Assembly: GCF_001194135.2 (NCBI RefSeq)
Contig: NC_068991.1
Span: 48,980,671-49,043,882 of the forward strand
Reading direction: 5' to 3'
From: Octopus bimaculoides
Lineage: Eukaryota
DNA length: 63,212 nt
In this document: in pieces, positions 60,624 through 63,212 of the stretch
Numbering within the stretch: the stretch's first letter is position 1
How the letters are laid out: each line of letters starts with the position of its first letter
Notes under the pieces: model-generated
Database searches by the model: none
What the model was told of the DNA's origin: nothing
Seen by the model: the letters and a program-made list of their open reading frames with translations, nothing else
Position numbers and translations under genes: made by a program

Positions 60624-63212
60624 ATTAATGTATTCACGCGTTGGGCTGGAAACATACTTACTCGGAAGTATCTATTTGAATATATAAATGTACAGACTAA
60701 TATATTTGTGTATATATCATCTATTATGTGCTAGTGTCAATAGCTTACTAAAATACATTGGGATTATTTAATGCATGTACCGGGTTTATACTTAGATTAA
60801 ACAATAACGAAAATAAAAATGAAATTATATGATAATGTACGTTAGTGGGGGAAATTTGTAAATACATAAATAAGGATATGGACAAAAACATACAATCAAG
60901 GGAATGTTATTAAGATTGAGGCATTTTATACTTATATAGCAAGTTGTGGATTTAATAGGTATCTAATTAATTGAGAAACATATTTAGTAGAATTAATGGT
61001 GTATGTTTGATCAGAAGATATAAGAGATGTTGATTATAGAATAATTAATGGTATTTATAGAATAGATATTTATGGGTATGTAAACAAGGGTAGATATTCG
61101 ACCCTCCCGTTTAGTAATCTTTTAGTAGAGGAAAGAATATTATAGCGTCCATATGTACAAAGCTGACAATACTTATCCAGTGGAAAAAACAATTTTGCAG
61201 AAGAAAGAGTATTCCATTTAATATTATACATTACATTGCTGTCTTTTAATTTCCAAATTAATTTACTTAGACTAAGTTTAAGCGGATTATCAGAATTACG
61301 AAAAGAATATTGGTGGTTCGAAATTCTAACCTTAATAAATGTCGAGGAAGTACCAATATAGTAGAATAAGAACCAATATAGTAGAAGTGTTTACCGCCAG
61401 TTTCAACTATAGCTTGGTACACTACATTTTTTCTTTTCCAGTAATTTTAGAATTTACAATGATCTTTAAATCTACAATCGCAGAAATTAGTTATGTTACG
61501 GCTGGAAGTAAGAGGTGCGTTGGGGCGAGCAATCTCCCATGACACCCGTGCATGAACGAATGACCTGTAATAATATGGTCCAAATTGTTCACACTCAGTA
61601 CAAAATTTATCTAATTTAGTAGAATTTAGAGAAGATATATATATATATAAATAAATTATGAGTAACTAAAAAGCCACATCGAAAAAGTCTGCCATAGTTA
61701 ATAAAATAATCACAAAAATAAAAATAACATATTAGCCTCCGTCAATGTAAATAATAACATTTATCCAACCATAAAAAAATTATTATTATTATATTGATAA
61801 CATTAAGTTTAGCACTGCTTACAGTGTTGGAAGAGATAGGAGCTGTATGCTTTGTATTGGATCCAAAATCGAAAAATATCGTGGTGCCACTTTTGGTGTT
61901 GGCAGGATGGAGGGAAATATTGTATGGTTGATTTTGCATTTCGCTGTGCAAGTAAAATCTGACCTTTTCAATATAATGCCCTGGTTGGTAGATGAACATT
62001 TTTCTCCTAATAAAAATTACAGTGAATTGCTCCATGACAGAATTTTTTCGATGTGGCTTTTCAGTTACTCGTAATCTATTTATATATATATATCTTCTCT
62101 AAATTCTACTAAATTAGATACATTTTGTGCTGAATGTGCTTCTTCGACATTTATTAAGGTTAGAATTTCGAACCACTAATATTCTTTTCGTAATTCTGAT
62201 AATCCACTTCGACTTAATATATTAATCTGGAAATTAAAAGACAGCAATGTAATTTGTAATATTAAATGGAATACTCTTTTTTCTGCAAAACTGTTTTTTC
62301 CACTGGATAAGTATTGTCAGCTTTGTAAATATGGACGCTATAATATTCTTTTCTCAATTAAAAAATTGATAAACGAGAGGGTCGAAAGATTCTGCTCTTT
62401 TTTACATACCCATAAATATCTATTCTATAAATACCATTAATTATTCTTGAATCAACAACATCTCTTATATTTTCTGATCAAACATACATCATCAATTCTA
62501 CTAAATATGTTTCTCAATTAATTAGATACCTATTAGATCCATAGCTTATATCTTTAACTGTTGACGCTATATAAATATAAAATAATATGCCTCAATTTTG
62601 ATAACATTCCCTTAAATATATATTTTTTCTCCATACCCACTATTTATTTATTTACAAATTTTCTCTACTAAAGTACCTTATCGTATATTTCCTTTTTTCG
62701 CTAATTTTAAATCTAAGTATAAACCCAGTGCATACATTAGATAGTCCCAATGTATTTTAGTAATCTATTGACAATAACACTTAAATATTAATATAGATGA
62801 TATATACTCACATATATGAGTCTATACATAAATATATTCAAATAGATACTTCCGAGCAAATATGTTTTGGTATGTGCATCCAAAAGTGTGAATACATTAA
62901 TTTGAATATATATATATATATATTGTCATTACACCCCATATTGCTACTCATCATTACTTTTCCACAACTGTATCTATGAACAAACCAATAGAAAAAAATC
63001 TATTTATTTTTATAAAACCGTTGTATAATAATCCTTATCTTCTCACCTATCATTCATTTATTTACTATATTAGTTTTAGTCTCCCTCACATTCTAAAGTG
63101 TTATTTTTCTTCTCCTTTCAAGTGATTATTTATTTATATCTTATTGCATATATATTTTCGTTTTTTTTTTCGAAGCAATATATTTTTTACTATATGTATC
63201 TTACATACACAC
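59935..63212. repeat. Large inverted repeat: left arm ~59935-61696, spacer ~335 bp, right arm ~62031 to beyond the window end
   Basis: For example, 61281-61345 CGGATTATCAGAATTACGAAAAGAATATTGGTGGTTCGAAATTCTAACCTTAATAAATGTCGAGG is the reverse complement of ~62140-62207. The match continues to base 63212. The left arm has two blocks (~60238-60590 and ~61346-61595) missing from the right arm. Confidence 0.9.

Noticed and set aside
59300-61350. Possible mitochondrial insertion or membrane-protein exon (SLHPILLLIITFPQL) in the AT-rich inverted-repeat arm
   Set aside because: Frames are short and stop-ridden, and I recognise no mitochondrial gene or receptor motif.

Overview
This is AT-rich, microsatellite-saturated eukaryotic DNA from a gapped short-read assembly, and nearly every N-run is flanked by (TA)n, (CA)n or (GA)n. 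The tRNA-derived SINE families and repeat landscape point to an octopus-type cephalopod genome (inference). Only one intact gene is supportable: a single-exon neuropeptide precursor at 6209-7147 (+), 312 aa. It has a signal peptide and 11 KR-flanked copies of an amidated pentapeptide (7x IRELV-amide, 4x IRELI-amide), most similar to the molluscan PRQFVamide/xRxFV-amide family but with F>L at position 4. The pentapeptides strictly alternate with a conserved family of acidic, mostly Tyr-containing peptides (GTEIDYPDHFD-like). The rest is transposon debris: a Tx1/L1 fragment, an R4/Dong-type RLE LINE in a TAA microsatellite, several RTE-clade LINE fragments, a decayed Tc1 element with TIRs, several SINE families, MITEs and a Helentron/DINE-like element. 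The last 11 kb also holds Penelope-type termini with hammerhead-ribozyme-like folds, a ~280-bp near-perfect palindrome and a >1.1-kb-armed inverted repeat running off the window end. Almost all other ORFs in the supplied track are artefacts of simple repeats or N-gaps. Repeat boundaries are read by eye and are approximate unless a TSD or TIR is quoted.
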